A stretch of 63,926 bases of DNA, counting the filler, from Octopus bimaculoides (taxonomy: Eukaryota): the NCBI RefSeq assembly GCF_001194135.2. It is 4 parts of 4 records of this genome, joined end to end, with 100 filler letters (N's around TTAATTAATTAA, not from the genome) between each part and the next. Parts side by side here need not be neighbours in the genome. Positions count along the whole stretch, not along the records: positions 1 to 27,699 come from NC_068985.1; 3 more parts are not named here. One strand, 5' to 3'. Position 1 is the stretch's first letter. Every line of letters starts with the position of its first letter. Both the position numbers and the translations under genes were made by a program. Shown here one piece after another: positions 1 through 11,327 of the stretch. The notes beneath the pieces were generated by a model. That model searched no databases. It was not told the DNA's origin and saw only the letters and a list, made by a program, of their open reading frames with translations.

Positions 1-1065
1 CAGATACCTCGGCCCGAATTCCCTTCCGAACAAGTTGACTAGCTGCTTCCGATCGAAGCCCAGAGCCCCACCCCCAAGACGTCGTCGGACTCGTGCTCTA
101 CCGACCCGCTATAAAAATCCGCAGTGGTAGCCTCACTGCCGGTACTACTCGCCCGAGAGAACAGAGTGAGTGCTCATCCAGGTAGAGCCAGAGATGTTTC
201 AGCATCAGCGCAAACTTGCGCATCATCAGCTGAGGCATTCTTAACCCACCCTTTAACGGTTTCTGGCAGAAGATGGAGCGCCTCACTAGTGGTGGTTTCC
301 CTTTCCACAAAAAGCGGAAAAGGATCCGTTCCAACTTGGTCAGCCACACACCGGAGCAAGGCACGACGGTTAGGCGATAGGTTACCACAGATGCTATAAA
401 CACCTGTACAACCTCCGCCCTCTCTAACAAGGATAGCGTCCTCTCAGACCAGGTCTGGGTTATGGCTGTCACCTTGTCTGTGACCTCGCTCCAGTTTTTC
501 TCCATCTGGAGATCTGGTCCAAACCAGACCCCGAGCAGTTTAACCGGGCCCTCCGTCCAACGACGCTGTTGGGAGGCATCGACTTGCCCCCTCCAGGTGC
601 CGAGTTGCAAGCTGACTGATTTATCCGGTTAACTTTTGTCCCTGCCACCGCTTCGTATCTTTTGATGGCATCTTCTACACGAGGTAGCTGCCCTTCATCA
701 GACACGATGATGGTGACATTTACCGTAACATAGATCACGCGGGTCTCCCCCCACCCGCAATCCCCAACCTCCGCAGCAGTGGCTCAAGAGCCATAACATA
801 TGGAAGCGGGGACAGTCCTGGCGAACTGAACGCTCGATCGCGAACAGCTTCGAGAAGAAACCGATCACACGGACGACTGAATCGATGTCGCTATGCATAG
901 CATTGATCCAGTAACGGAAAGTCGGGACCAGCCCGACCGCCCGGAGGAGCACCGCTAGATACCGATGGTCAAACCTATCGAATGCTTTAGACTGGTCGAA
1001 ATTCACCAGTGCCCCACCCTTGCCAGGAACTTTACTAACCCTCTCTAAGGTGTAGCCAAAGACCC
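1..1065 (-). mobile_element. L1/Tx1-clade LINE, degenerate ORF2 reverse transcriptase fragment
   Basis: Minus ORFs 698-1294, 469-738 and 98-610 give ALVNFDQSKAFDRFDH, SVRQDCP, VKLLGVWFG and FLWKGK...KGGL in shifting frames. These are typical Tx1 RT and post-RT motifs. Runs off the window start. Confidence 0.85.
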
Positions 1066-1158
1066 AGAGAAGTCGAGAACTATCGTTCTTATAGATGTAG
1101 GCTCCCAGGAGCTGGTGATTGATTTCCCGCGTAAGGAAAAACAAACTGTTGTGCCAAC

Positions 1159-1264
1159 CTGATTGGACAGCTGGAAAGCGACCAATACAGGTTCGTTTAA
1201 TCACGAGGTCATGTGACCTGCTGGAACTAAAAGGGCTTGTAGAGCCGACATTTGGGTATTTAAG
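1159..1264 (+). promoter_or_regulatory. Possible Pol II promoter cluster (two CCAAT boxes, E-box, TATA-like)
   Basis: CTGATTGG 1159-1166, CCAAT 1182-1186, GTCATGTGAC 1208-1217, TATTTAAG 1257-1264. Motifs only. The E-box part also resembles a dispersed repeat in this window. Confidence 0.3.
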
Positions 1265-1947
1265 CCTAGACGAGTCGAAACGAAAACATCTCACACATAA
1301 TGACAGTGTAAATCACTTCTGCTACATATTTCCCAGTTAATAGTTAAAGTGCTTTCAGAGTGGTTACTGTTGTTATTTTGTAACATGATATTCCTGATCG
1401 AGCTGATTTACAATCAGAGACATCCCATTCACGATCATCTTGGTTTTTTTTTCACATCGGATTGCAATACCCGATGTGTCCTTCTTTGGTTTAAATTTGA
1501 TTGTTATATCCTGCAGTCAAACAGTTGTCATGCATGTCTAATGAATAACTATTTCATATCATCGTTGATCTGAGTATAAAANNNNNNNNNNNNNNNNNNN
1601 NNNNNNNNNNNNNNNNNNNNNNNNNNNNNNNNNNNNNNNNNNNNNNNNNNNNNNNNNNNNNNNNNNNNNNNNNNNNNNNNNNNNNNNNNNNNNNNNNNNN
1701 NNNNNNNNNNNNNNNNNNNNNNNNNNNNNNNNNNNNNNNNNNNNNNNNNNNNNNNNNNNNNNNNNNNNNNNNNNNNNNNNNNNNNNNNNNNNNNNNNNNN
1801 NNNNNNNNNNNNNNNNNNNNNNNNNNNNNNNNNNTGTGTGTGTGTGTTTCACTACGTTGGTTCATTTTGGGGATAAGCATTGGGTGGTTTTATAAATTAC
1901 GGCTGGATCAACATTGGGGAAGTAAACAGTGAATCCCTATTTAATTA

Positions 1948-2149
1948 GGGCTATCTTTCGATTTGATGTGAAGAAATGTCAAGTAAAAGCACATGGGTTT
2001 TGTTTACATCTAATCGGCCTGTTAAGGTTAGGGTTAGGGTTAGAGTTAGGTTTAGGTTTAGGGTTAGAGTTAGGGTTAGCCGATTAGATGTAAACAAAAC
2101 CCATGTGCTTTTACTTGACGTTTCTTCACATCAAATCGAAAGATAGCCC
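1948..2149. mobile_element. Foldback/MITE-like element with telomere-like core
   Basis: 71-bp arms 1948-2018 and 2079-2149 are reverse complements with one mismatch. The 60-bp loop is TTAGGG/TTAGAG/TTTAGG repeats. Confidence 0.8.
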
Positions 2150-2208
2150 ATATATTTAATATAACAGGAAAACCGTACATGTTTTATATAAGATAAAGAC
2201 AATCTCAT

Positions 2209-2490
2209 TTACGAGAAAACGTAACAGTAATTGATGCACGAAGTGAGATTCGTAAATACTTTTTCACGATCTCTAAACCCGTTTCGCCATACATGCTCAT
2301 GCAGATATGATGTAAATAAGTTCTCACTATTCCTGCACTGTTGCGTAATTTCTTTCTTGGCGATCATCCATCCCACTCCAATAGTCTATGGGTATTCATC
2401 ACCCTCCTCTAGTCTGTGAATGGGTATTATCATCGTTTGGATGAACAAAATTGACTGAATGGTTGACAATTTCATGAGTATTTTAACATA
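2209..2490 (-). mobile_element. Merlin (IS1016/ISXO2-like) transposase C-terminal fragment
   Basis: Manual translation: HEIVNHSVNFVHPNDDNTHSQT ... W MIAKKEITQQCRNSENLFTSYLHEHVWRNGFRDREKVFTNLTSCI, stop at 2209-2211. Fits the family motifs H-x-VNHS-x-FV-x-P, HTQTIE-x-W and SYLxExxWR. Frameshifted. Confidence 0.75.
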
Positions 2491-3822
2491 TCACCGTTTG
2501 TCACTTCCGGTTTCTATCGCAACATGCGTTCGTTTTTAAAAGAATATTTTCAGTATTTTACGACGATGGACTGCATGTTAACCTAAATCTGTTTAATCAT
2601 TCTGGTGCCATTGTAAATCAAAGTACATCGTATACATGTTTCACCTTGGAGAAACTCCTTTCTTTTATTGCCAGTCATTTTATTACACACAAATATTTCG
2701 ATATTAGGAGGATGAAGTTAATCTTCTGTGTTTACCGAAAGGATGTAGATATCAGAAACGTGCAGTTTCAAACGTTTGCCCTCTAAGCTCTGCCCTAGTA
2801 TATTGTTAAGAACATGACTGGCTTTTGTCATAGTAGGTCAGCTTGATCAGAGCAAAGCTGAAATGTTAACTAAAACTGTCACGAACCAACGAGGAAGCCT
2901 TTATATTATAGCTTGATCATCTAGAAGTAACAGCAACGTATTCCTCAAAATACATCTTACTATCTTAAACTAAAAGATTAGAATGTGTATAGTCATTGAT
3001 ATTTTTTTTAAATGATTATCAAGACTGGAATTTTCTTTTTCCTGTCAAAGATTGCTCGGGTAAAGACTGAACTGACTTTAACACTAAAAGAGCCTCTGTG
3101 GAACATTGACCTGTTAGAAATAACAGCTAGAATTCCCTCAAACCGCAGTTGTCTTCAAAACGGAAGGTTACATTCGAAAATATCAAATTGCTGCATATAA
3201 AAAACGTCTTTCACTGCTCAAACGCTATCTTTACGATAGGGTATTTGTATCAGTAGTTAATAAAATTAATTGCATTTTATTAGATAACATTTAGGATTAA
3301 GGTTAGGTAAAGATATTTCAGTAATTTTGTTGTGAAGCTGTAATATTGACAAAAGCTTATTTTATGATGGGAAGGAATGTTTTTAAACAATTGTCCTTTC
3401 AATAATGCATCCTTCTGTCAGCACTTGGTTTTATCGTCAATGAACATGAAGTCCTCGAACAAACGAAAGAAAATTCTACGCGGTCGTTCGACCTGCTAGA
3501 AATAGCAATTAAAATTTTTCTCAAATTATACCATAACGTTTATGAAAACGAAATGATACTTTCGTGGATAATGTAGTCCTTGATACTCAATACTTGTGTC
3601 TGAACAAAAGACGAGGTGCTCGTGGCTGTTATGTCTTTAATGACGTGAGAGATCAACCATGGTTGACTGGGGCTAAACAGCATCATGTAGTGTGAAGGAA
3701 ATCACTGTTGTTCTTCATGTAGAGCCATGATAGACTTTCATCTCCAGGACTCGATTTCAAGAAGAAGAAAAAACACCAAGCAAATTAGATATAAAATAAG
3801 GAACCTTCTGTTACAATTTCAT

Positions 3823-4140
3823 TTACATTTCGGTTGCGTAATAGGAACGGAACCCAGTACTTGACAGGTACTTTGGTTTATCGACTCCAGAAGTATAAAA
3901 GATAAATTTCTTTCCTGGGTCATATAGACTCAAATGACCGGTTTCTGTGGTGAATATATTTCCCACTGGATGGGACGCCAGTCTGTCGTAGGAATGAATA
4001 CTCATTGTTGCCAGCTTAGTGTACTGAGGAAACGTTTTACCCAAGAACACAATGTGTTGCCCTGTCCAGGAATCGTAAGGTACGCGCCTCCACACTCTGG
4101 AAGTATGAAAGAGTTGATCTCGATGGAATTTGAATTCATA
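3823..4140 (-). CDS. Candidate terminal coding exon, product unknown
   Basis: 108-codon non-repetitive ORF (YEFKFHRDQLFHTSRVWRRVPYDSW...GFRSYYATEM*) that looks less AT-rich than its flanks. Possible acceptor CAG before 4140 (weak pyrimidine tract) or ATG at 4149. No family recognised. Confidence 0.4.
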   Translation of the reverse strand, partial: YEFKFHRDQLFHTSRVWRRVPYDSWTGQHIVFLGKTFPQYTKLATMSIHSYDRLASHPVGNIFTTETGHLSLYDPGKKFIFYTSGVDKPKYLSSTGFRSYYATEM

Positions 4141-5289
4141 ACCTGCCATGAAATTGCAGTCTTATTTCCTTCAAATTACATACTTTTATCTTTAGGAATA
4201 AGAATACTTTGGATCATAACTTGCCTGAAAACCCTGCGCACCCACAGGCGAAACTCAGGGGAGTAAGGGACTGACTCAGTCACAATAAAATATATTATTA
4301 ATCTCTGTTTATGGTGTTCAATACTCTTTTTCCTGACAGTCGACACTAAATAGATATCGATATATGAAGCCACAATTTTGATCGCGAGTAACTGAAATTT
4401 TGCATAGGAACATATCTTTTCGAGGAGAATACTGCGAAACTCTTCTGAAATTTGAACTTGTTAATTTGTTTTTCTGCCTGGAGTTAACAAACTGTTGTAC
4501 ATCTAGCATAGCCTTTGGAAACAGCAAGTTTAGAAAAATAATTCATATAGATGTAAATTAGTCTTTTGAAAAAGTTTTTAGAAAAGTACAATTTCCCGGG
4601 GAAATTGTAAAAGTAAACAATTGCAGCGTGGAAGGTGTTTATAAACCATTTAAGAAACACAAAAACCGTTAGATTCACTTCAACATTTAAATTTAATTTG
4701 CCAAACTATTCTCATCGCTTTGAGACCGCGACCTGTTCACTGACAAAATTCCGTGCTAAGTTCATCATTAGGCATTCTGCTAGTAACGAAAGAATGCCCA
4801 TTATTTTATTTTGCGCAAAAAGCTCAGTTCGAACTATCGTCCGAATAGAATGAATGTAACAATTCTGAGCCAACTGAAGCAGTTTGTTCAAATTAAAATG
4901 ATTGCATTATAGTTCGATTGCACTATAGTACTGCTTCAATTCCTTCCAGTTAGGCAGGGCAGTGTTTCTTTCCTTCCAATTAAACAATAAAATGTCCCCC
5001 ATTATGTTAGTCATTTTTGGAATTTTTTTTTTTTTATCTTTCCACCCTAGATACCAAATTCTACCATTGGACATTTTTACTTTTCATCCCACTGGAGTCA
5101 ATGAAATAGATACCAGTAATATTTCACAATCCATACAAGTTGACGAAATTGGTGTTTAACCTAAGTCGGCTCTCACAGAGCAGATCTATGATCATAGATA
5201 GTTCAACCCTAACCATCCTGTCATTTTATTTTATCTTTTTTTATTCTTTTGTTTTAAACGTAATGTTATCCATACCTGTACGATTTCTG

Positions 5290-5575
5290 TAAAGCCAGAT
5301 CTACTGGTGAGCTACTGGTCAGCCACTTGTAATCTCTTGATTTGGAGGAATCTGGTGAAAGCAATGTTATCGCCCTCGACAATGGTGGAGTTTTCGACCA
5401 TGTCTGGCATGCAAATTTCCTATCGAAACCTCCTCCTTATGGACTTCACTCGTTTCTCATCTCTTGAATCGGTGGTTACCAATCAGAGAGCACTAATAGA
5501 GATGTTCTGACGACGAAACTCTGTCCCTCATTCTATCGACTGCGGCGTGCCCCAGGGTTCAGTTTTCTTTCCTCT
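5290..5575 (+). mobile_element. CR1/Jockey-group LINE RT fragment
   Basis: RSTGELL ... ALDNGGVFDHVWH ... PYGL ... SIDCGVPQGSV is a degenerate form of RSTGDLL / ALDISKAFDRVWH / GVPQGSVL. Confidence 0.7.
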
Positions 5576-5894
5576 TTTTCCACCATATCAAACAACAGCC
5601 TAACATCCAATGCATCCACAATCAAAACTCAGAGTAGCAAGAGACTGACTCAGCCAAAATAAAATATATTATATATATAATATATACACACACATACAAA
5701 CATTTGTTTTTTTAGTATCCCGGTATTTCATACAATGACAATTACGAAACACTGAAATTTTTTCGGGAAAAATAAATCTCTTAAACTCCCCGACGACCAA
5801 TTTCCGTAACCTTTTCCTTCCCTATGAAGTATGGGGCATCTATATTGAAAATTCTGGATGATTTTAAACATTGGAATGCTGCATAGAACGTGCC

Positions 5895-6120
5895 CTCCCT
5901 ACCCTACATACTAATTTAGGTATAAGGCCAGCAGTTTTAAGGGAGCCAGTTTATTCTATATCATCAACCGCAGTACAAGACTGGTATTTTATGTTATCAA
6001 CCCTGGAGGGAGGAAAGGCGAGTCTGGCCTCGGAGGGCTATGAACTCAAAAAGTAATGAGCCAGAACAAATATCGCAAGTAATCTTTTCCAGTCACTCTG
6101 ACGACTGGGCCATTCCGCCT
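5895..6120 (-). mobile_element. tRNA-derived SINE, degenerate
   Basis: Minus-strand head AGGCGGAATGGCCCAGTCG at the 6120 end. Body resembles fragments at about 13370-13440 and 54400-54620. Confidence 0.55.
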
Positions 6121-6702
6121 TTTCAAAGTGTACAAATCAGATTGTCTTGTACTATAACACATTAAATATTAGCTTAATTACTTCAGCAATTATTTATTAT
6201 AAATAAAATTTGACTTTTTTTTAATTCATTAATTCTTGGCCAAAATTGTAACTTTATTTTTTCGTTGTCTGAGATTTGAACTAAGCAAAGTTAACATCGG
6301 GAAAATTCCTATATTACGACAGGTGTTTCGATACGAAGATGAAAGTGCGGGTTAAAATTTTGAAAGAAAACTTCATTTAAACAGATAATATTAAATGTAA
6401 ATGCCATAATGACTAAAAATAAAAAAACGTACAAAAAAAAAAAAAATCACCTACCTGACATGTCTTGATGTAAAATCATATTTTATACACATTTAAAAAT
6501 ATATACATCCACTGGAAATATAAATTCGTATCTTTTGACATGGTAAAACTGTCTAACAATTATATAAAATTAGTTAGATGATGGGACGACTGTAGCTTCT
6601 TATTAATCCTATTAGCTGCTTAAGTGAAAATAAAACCAAGTTAGCCAAGAATCGAAACCGGCTTGCCAACTGGCTTCGATGAGAGTTTACTTCTTGTTTT
6701 AC

Positions 6703-6785
6703 CTTTACGACGTTCGTTTTCGCAGTGCGTAATAATGATTGTTTTATCAATATCGGGGTTATTGAAGATGCAAGAATATATATCA
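6703..6785 (-). CDS. Candidate internal exon (83 nt), product unknown
   Basis: Acceptor cattcAG and donor AAG|gtaaaa. One open frame reads DIYSCIFNNPDIDKTIIITHCENERRK and is phase-compatible with the 4140 exon. Confidence 0.3.
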
Positions 6786-8551
6786 CTGAATGTTTGAATA
6801 GATAAGTCAATTAATAAAATTAGTTTGTTATTTTGTATGTTTTTTGCATTAGTGTAATATCTGAGAAAATAATTTAGTATTTCATGTTGAGTATCGAGGT
6901 CAGCCGATAATTTGACAACAGAGCGTGGCGGGAGACGTGCTTTTCATAAACAGAATATTTTTTTTAATTATTAATGATTTTATATTTTGGTATATCTTAA
7001 TTTCTATTTTGTTTTTATGTTGTTGTTGTTGTTTTTAATGTTTAAAGAAATGAAATTCGATGGTGGGAAAATACTGAAAAATGGAAATAAAAAGTTTCAT
7101 TTCTCAGGTATTTTTACACTTAAGAAAATGTTAATATTTCTAAATGTTTGTGTGTACATTTATGTATGTGATGTTTATCCCTCGTATCACCCCAGCTGGT
7201 CAAAGACATTCCGATTTGGCCATCTCGTCCTACTCTCGAGTACATTATTTAATGCGTCACCTCTTTTATAGTGTTATTTGAGAGAAATTTGACTGCTGTT
7301 TCAAGCAGGTTGAACGATCATATAGAGGCTCCATCAATGTATATATGTGTAAAGTGTGGTGTGTTCATATGTATGTGTGTGGAAATGCTGGTTTATTTAT
7401 CTGTAAATGTGGTTATTTAAATGAATGTGTATAATATTAATATTTAAGTACATAATTATTTGTCTATTGTGTATTTGTCTTTACATATGAAAGTTTATTG
7501 CTATGGTAATTTTATCCTTTTGTGTGTATAGACTCCTGTTCATCTGTGTATATTTAACGGGTCTATGTTACGACGTATAAGAAATTTTGTTGGTGTTTTT
7601 TTTTTTTGTTCTTAGTATGTGAATTTATGTATTTATATTTGCGTTGTATATTTAAAAGATAGAGAGAAAGTAGATAAAGGTAATACGTAAGTAAATTGTC
7701 GGTCTTCATAGAACTATTTTCAAGTTTTTTTAAATATACAAGTTGCTATTTCATGGTTTAAGCAAGCAACAGGAGCCACAAAACACAAACAAACCGGTAA
7801 GTAGAAATTCGTGGTCTGCAGAAGAAAGAAGGGAAGGTAAGCTTCAAGGAAGATGAAAATCAAAACAGGAATAAAAATGATAAGGCATGCCAGGGATATA
7901 TATATGTTAAGCAGGTTCTCATCTATGTAAAAGTAAGAGGGAAAAAAATAGATGAGTGAGAGAGGCCGTCTCAGTGAATATTTTTTTGTTGTGGTTGCTT
8001 TTAATAGTTTACGTAGTCTATTAGTCGATGCCTTTCACCAAGCTAACATGTACCTGCTGCTCTTCGTACGATGATAGTAGTAACAAAACCATGCAGAGAA
8101 GGAAATATATAAATACACACACCTCATACTCTATCATGCAGCCCTCATAAGCGCGAATAAATAAATGACACACAAAGGTATAAACACGTTTCGATTTTGT
8201 TTTATTTTTATTTTATATTACATAATTATGTTAACGTTTCGTTGTTTGTGTTCAAACGGTGGAGAGTGAAAGTCTACTTTTTAACCACAGAATATTGGCC
8301 GTATTCTCACATACACACAGGATGTGACAGATTGGCAGAGACGAAGGGCATTACATAAAATATTTTACTCTCTGCACTCCGTGCCCTGAGATCAAACCCC
8401 ACCTCCTTTCATCATGAAAGTGGGTCCTTCGGAGCCAAGAAAGAAAAAAAAAAAAACGAAAAACAGTGATATGCTTAGGAAGTGTTTAGAGCAAGCGCCC
8501 AAGTATTTTTCAGCAATGGTAGCACACCATCAGGAGAAAGCACAATAAGGA

Positions 8552-8597
<46 letters not shown>

Positions 8598-8599
8598 AC

Positions 8600-10390
8600 A
8601 CGTGTGTGTTCTGGAATAATCATTAGAGATGCTTTGCCCCATGCAGGGTCTGCAGAAGCTATTCAGAAGTTTTACAAGCTCTTCTAAATCCATTGCAAAG
8701 TTCGAAACCCTTTCGTATCAGTGGCAGGTATCTCCAGGCCTCAAAGCGTTTCGCCCCTCTACGGAAGGGTTCCACTTGTAGTCTCTTATTAACCATTGTC
8801 ACCTTGAGTTGGCTTCAACTGCCGTGCCTATCCCTATGGTGGCTCTTCAGTTGTTTGGGTTCCAGGTCTATCGTCTGTAGAATATAGCGCACCGATAGCT
8901 GAAAAGGCGCAGACGCCGACTTCGATAGGAAATGAGGCCGCGTGCCATCTCTTAACAAGAGCCTTATCGACCAAGCACTAATATTTGGTTTACTTTAGCT
9001 GGTGGGAAATATTGAATCTGTCCTCCTGTACAGTGATTTCGACCGCGATAATTGTTTTTTGTACTCCTGGAGAAAAGGAACATGTCAGGTTGGAGTGATG
9101 ACTCTTCTTGGGAGACGAGTATGACTTCAGTTTCACTTGCATCTCCCAGTCTGAAGCTGGGTGCAAAATAGAAAACGGGTTCCCTACCTTTTCTTTTGTC
9201 TTAGGAACCTTGTCGCCTTCCCTTAAGAGCCTGATACCCTTTTCAGATCAGTTCACATGTCAATTTCAGCAAGACCCTCGTCATACTTCCACTTGTACGG
9301 CCTTCTCTCAATACACCCGGTCAAAATGTGATTCAGGGTGCAAAGAGTTACGCAACACTGCTTGCAAAACGGATCTTCTTTGCTCCATATTTTAAGGTTA
9401 TTTGGGGCTGGCAAGAGGTCAGCGACGGCACGAAGGAAGAGGAGCAATCTTCCTGGTCAGTACTCCAGAGTTTCTTCCAAGACAGTGAGCGCTCGAGTGT
9501 CTAGTCCCACCGTATCCATTGTCTCTGGTGGGCAAGTCTTACTACCTTCACATGGCGATCCTCCTCTGTTGAATCGCGGATCCTTTGCACTATGAACTCT
9601 CACTTGTTCCTGGTACAGATGTTTCCCCTCTCTTGGCGCTGTAGTTGCCAAGCTCTAACCGTCCGTGACAGACTACACCAACAATCTCCGAGTGTTTCCA
9701 GTATGCTTCTTATTGGTGTGTCTGACTTTCTCATCCTCAGATTAAATGCATTGCACTGATGACTGTTTCCTTCGTGGTGAAGTTTGTTGGCGGAGCTTAG
9801 AGGCTTTGCTGTACAAACTGTGAGCTGAAAATTGTGGGAACATCCAGTTACCTTTGCATGAATTTACTGCACAGCTTCTGCATTGCCTGTATCTGAGTCA
9901 TGAAAAAAGTCATAAATCAAAAATGGCCATTGCAGTCTGGGTGTGACGCCATACTGGAAGCACCATACTTTGAACCATCCAAGTATTTCTTATCGGCTGC
10001 TCTCATCCAGTTGTCGAGTGAGGTCTTAGTGTCTTCAGTATTACCAATATCCTTAAGGGTACGATCTTAATTGATCCCAAAGCATCGGATTCTTTTGTGT
10101 TGGATGGTTAGTATCTCAGAGCCCTGGGTGCTGAAGATGTCATTTGTCAGATTTTCTATGAGGATTCACAATTTCGCTGGATCAAACTTCATGTATGACC
10201 ATATGGTTATCTTTCCAGCGAGCTAAATGTTCACCATGCCCTCTCAGTAGATGCTATCTTAACCGTTATGTCGTCTTTGAAGGCTCTGCAAACTAGATTT
10301 CCTGTGTTTTCGTCAGTTTTGGGACCTCTCGACTGCTTCCCTTCAACCTCTAGCAATAAGGTTTATGGCTGTCATTCTTAGTATCACGAA
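8600..10390 (-). mobile_element. HERO-like RLE-type non-LTR retrotransposon, 5'-truncated and decayed
   Basis: RT end AFKDD...KFDP...KVWCFQYGVTPRLQWP; zinc finger FLRAVADLLPAPNNLKIW...CKQC..TLNHILTGC; RLE motifs QPDMFLFS, IIAVEITV..HQLK*TKY and FPIEVG. Order and motifs match the HERO/NeSL group. Many stops and frameshifts. Confidence 0.85.
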
Positions 10391-10442
10391 AATTGTGCAC
10401 TCTGCCATAATGCTCTTTTACAGTCTCACTCACACACACACA

Positions 10443-11327
10443 CTCGAGGGTTGTACCGAAAATAATGTATGTCAAGTTTGTATGTGTGCTTGCTCGCTAT
10501 TTTTCTTTTCGCATCAAATTGCGATATAATCGTAATTTACACACTCTGAAAAGTATTTCAAGAAAATTTCATTAAAAAATACTCATTTTTCTGAAAGTTG
10601 TGAGGAAGCAACGCCAACTCGTGTGAATTTTCCGAAACTCCTCTTCTCACCCACAGAAAAGTATTTTCACAACAAATTTTGATATAATCGAAATCTACAT
10701 CATCTGAAACATATTTGTAGAAAATTTCATTTAAAAGATTCCCTTTTTCTGGAAGTTATGAGGAAACAAATTTAGCACACATCTGTAGGAATAGCCAGAA
10801 GAATACCAGTCTTCATTGGCATCAAAAGCTTCCGGCAGATCAGAACAGACTTCCACACTTCTCTTCTACAAATCAAGAGTTAACTGCTGAGAAATTCACT
10901 TTGCACGCACTTTCCGATACCCGAAATCTTCAACCATCTTCTCTTATGCATTCTGATCACTGTCCAATCGTATAGCAAGCTCATAGATAGTGACTAGTCT
11001 TTCTGCACAAATTAGTTCGTCCACTCACTGGCGATTCGTGTCAGTCAGTGATCGCAGTTGACGGTCTCCCATTGTATAATTTGTCTTCAAAGCTGGTTTC
11101 TCCACTTCATCGATCTGTGCACATTGCTCATGCAATTTGTGTCGTCTTCTGTGGATGTCAGACTCTTGGCACTCCTTCTTCGCAGATGTTGCTTCTACTC
11201 GGAACCTATTGTTTGCTTGCAATTAATAACAAGAGTTACTCTATCAACATGTAAATTTTAAATGACCTAGGTCAGTTGATAATAAGGTTATATCCACTTT
11301 TACATTACTTTCGGTACAGCTCGCGTA
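10443..11327 (-). mobile_element. Internally deleted mariner element retaining both TIRs
   Basis: TIRs near 10443-10469 (cgagggttgtaccgaaaataatgta) and 11301-11327 (tacattactttcggtacagctcgcgta). Transposase N-half SGETSFED..GRPSTA ... FGYRKVRAK*ISQQLT at about 10800-11220. No DDD catalytic half. Confidence 0.75.

Noticed and set aside
2019-2078. True telomere or chromosome fusion site
   Set aside because: Only 60 bp, degenerate, single orientation and enclosed by inverted arms.
2501-2512. ETS motif CACTTCCGGT as a host promoter
   Set aside because: A single motif abutting Merlin sequence, with no other support.
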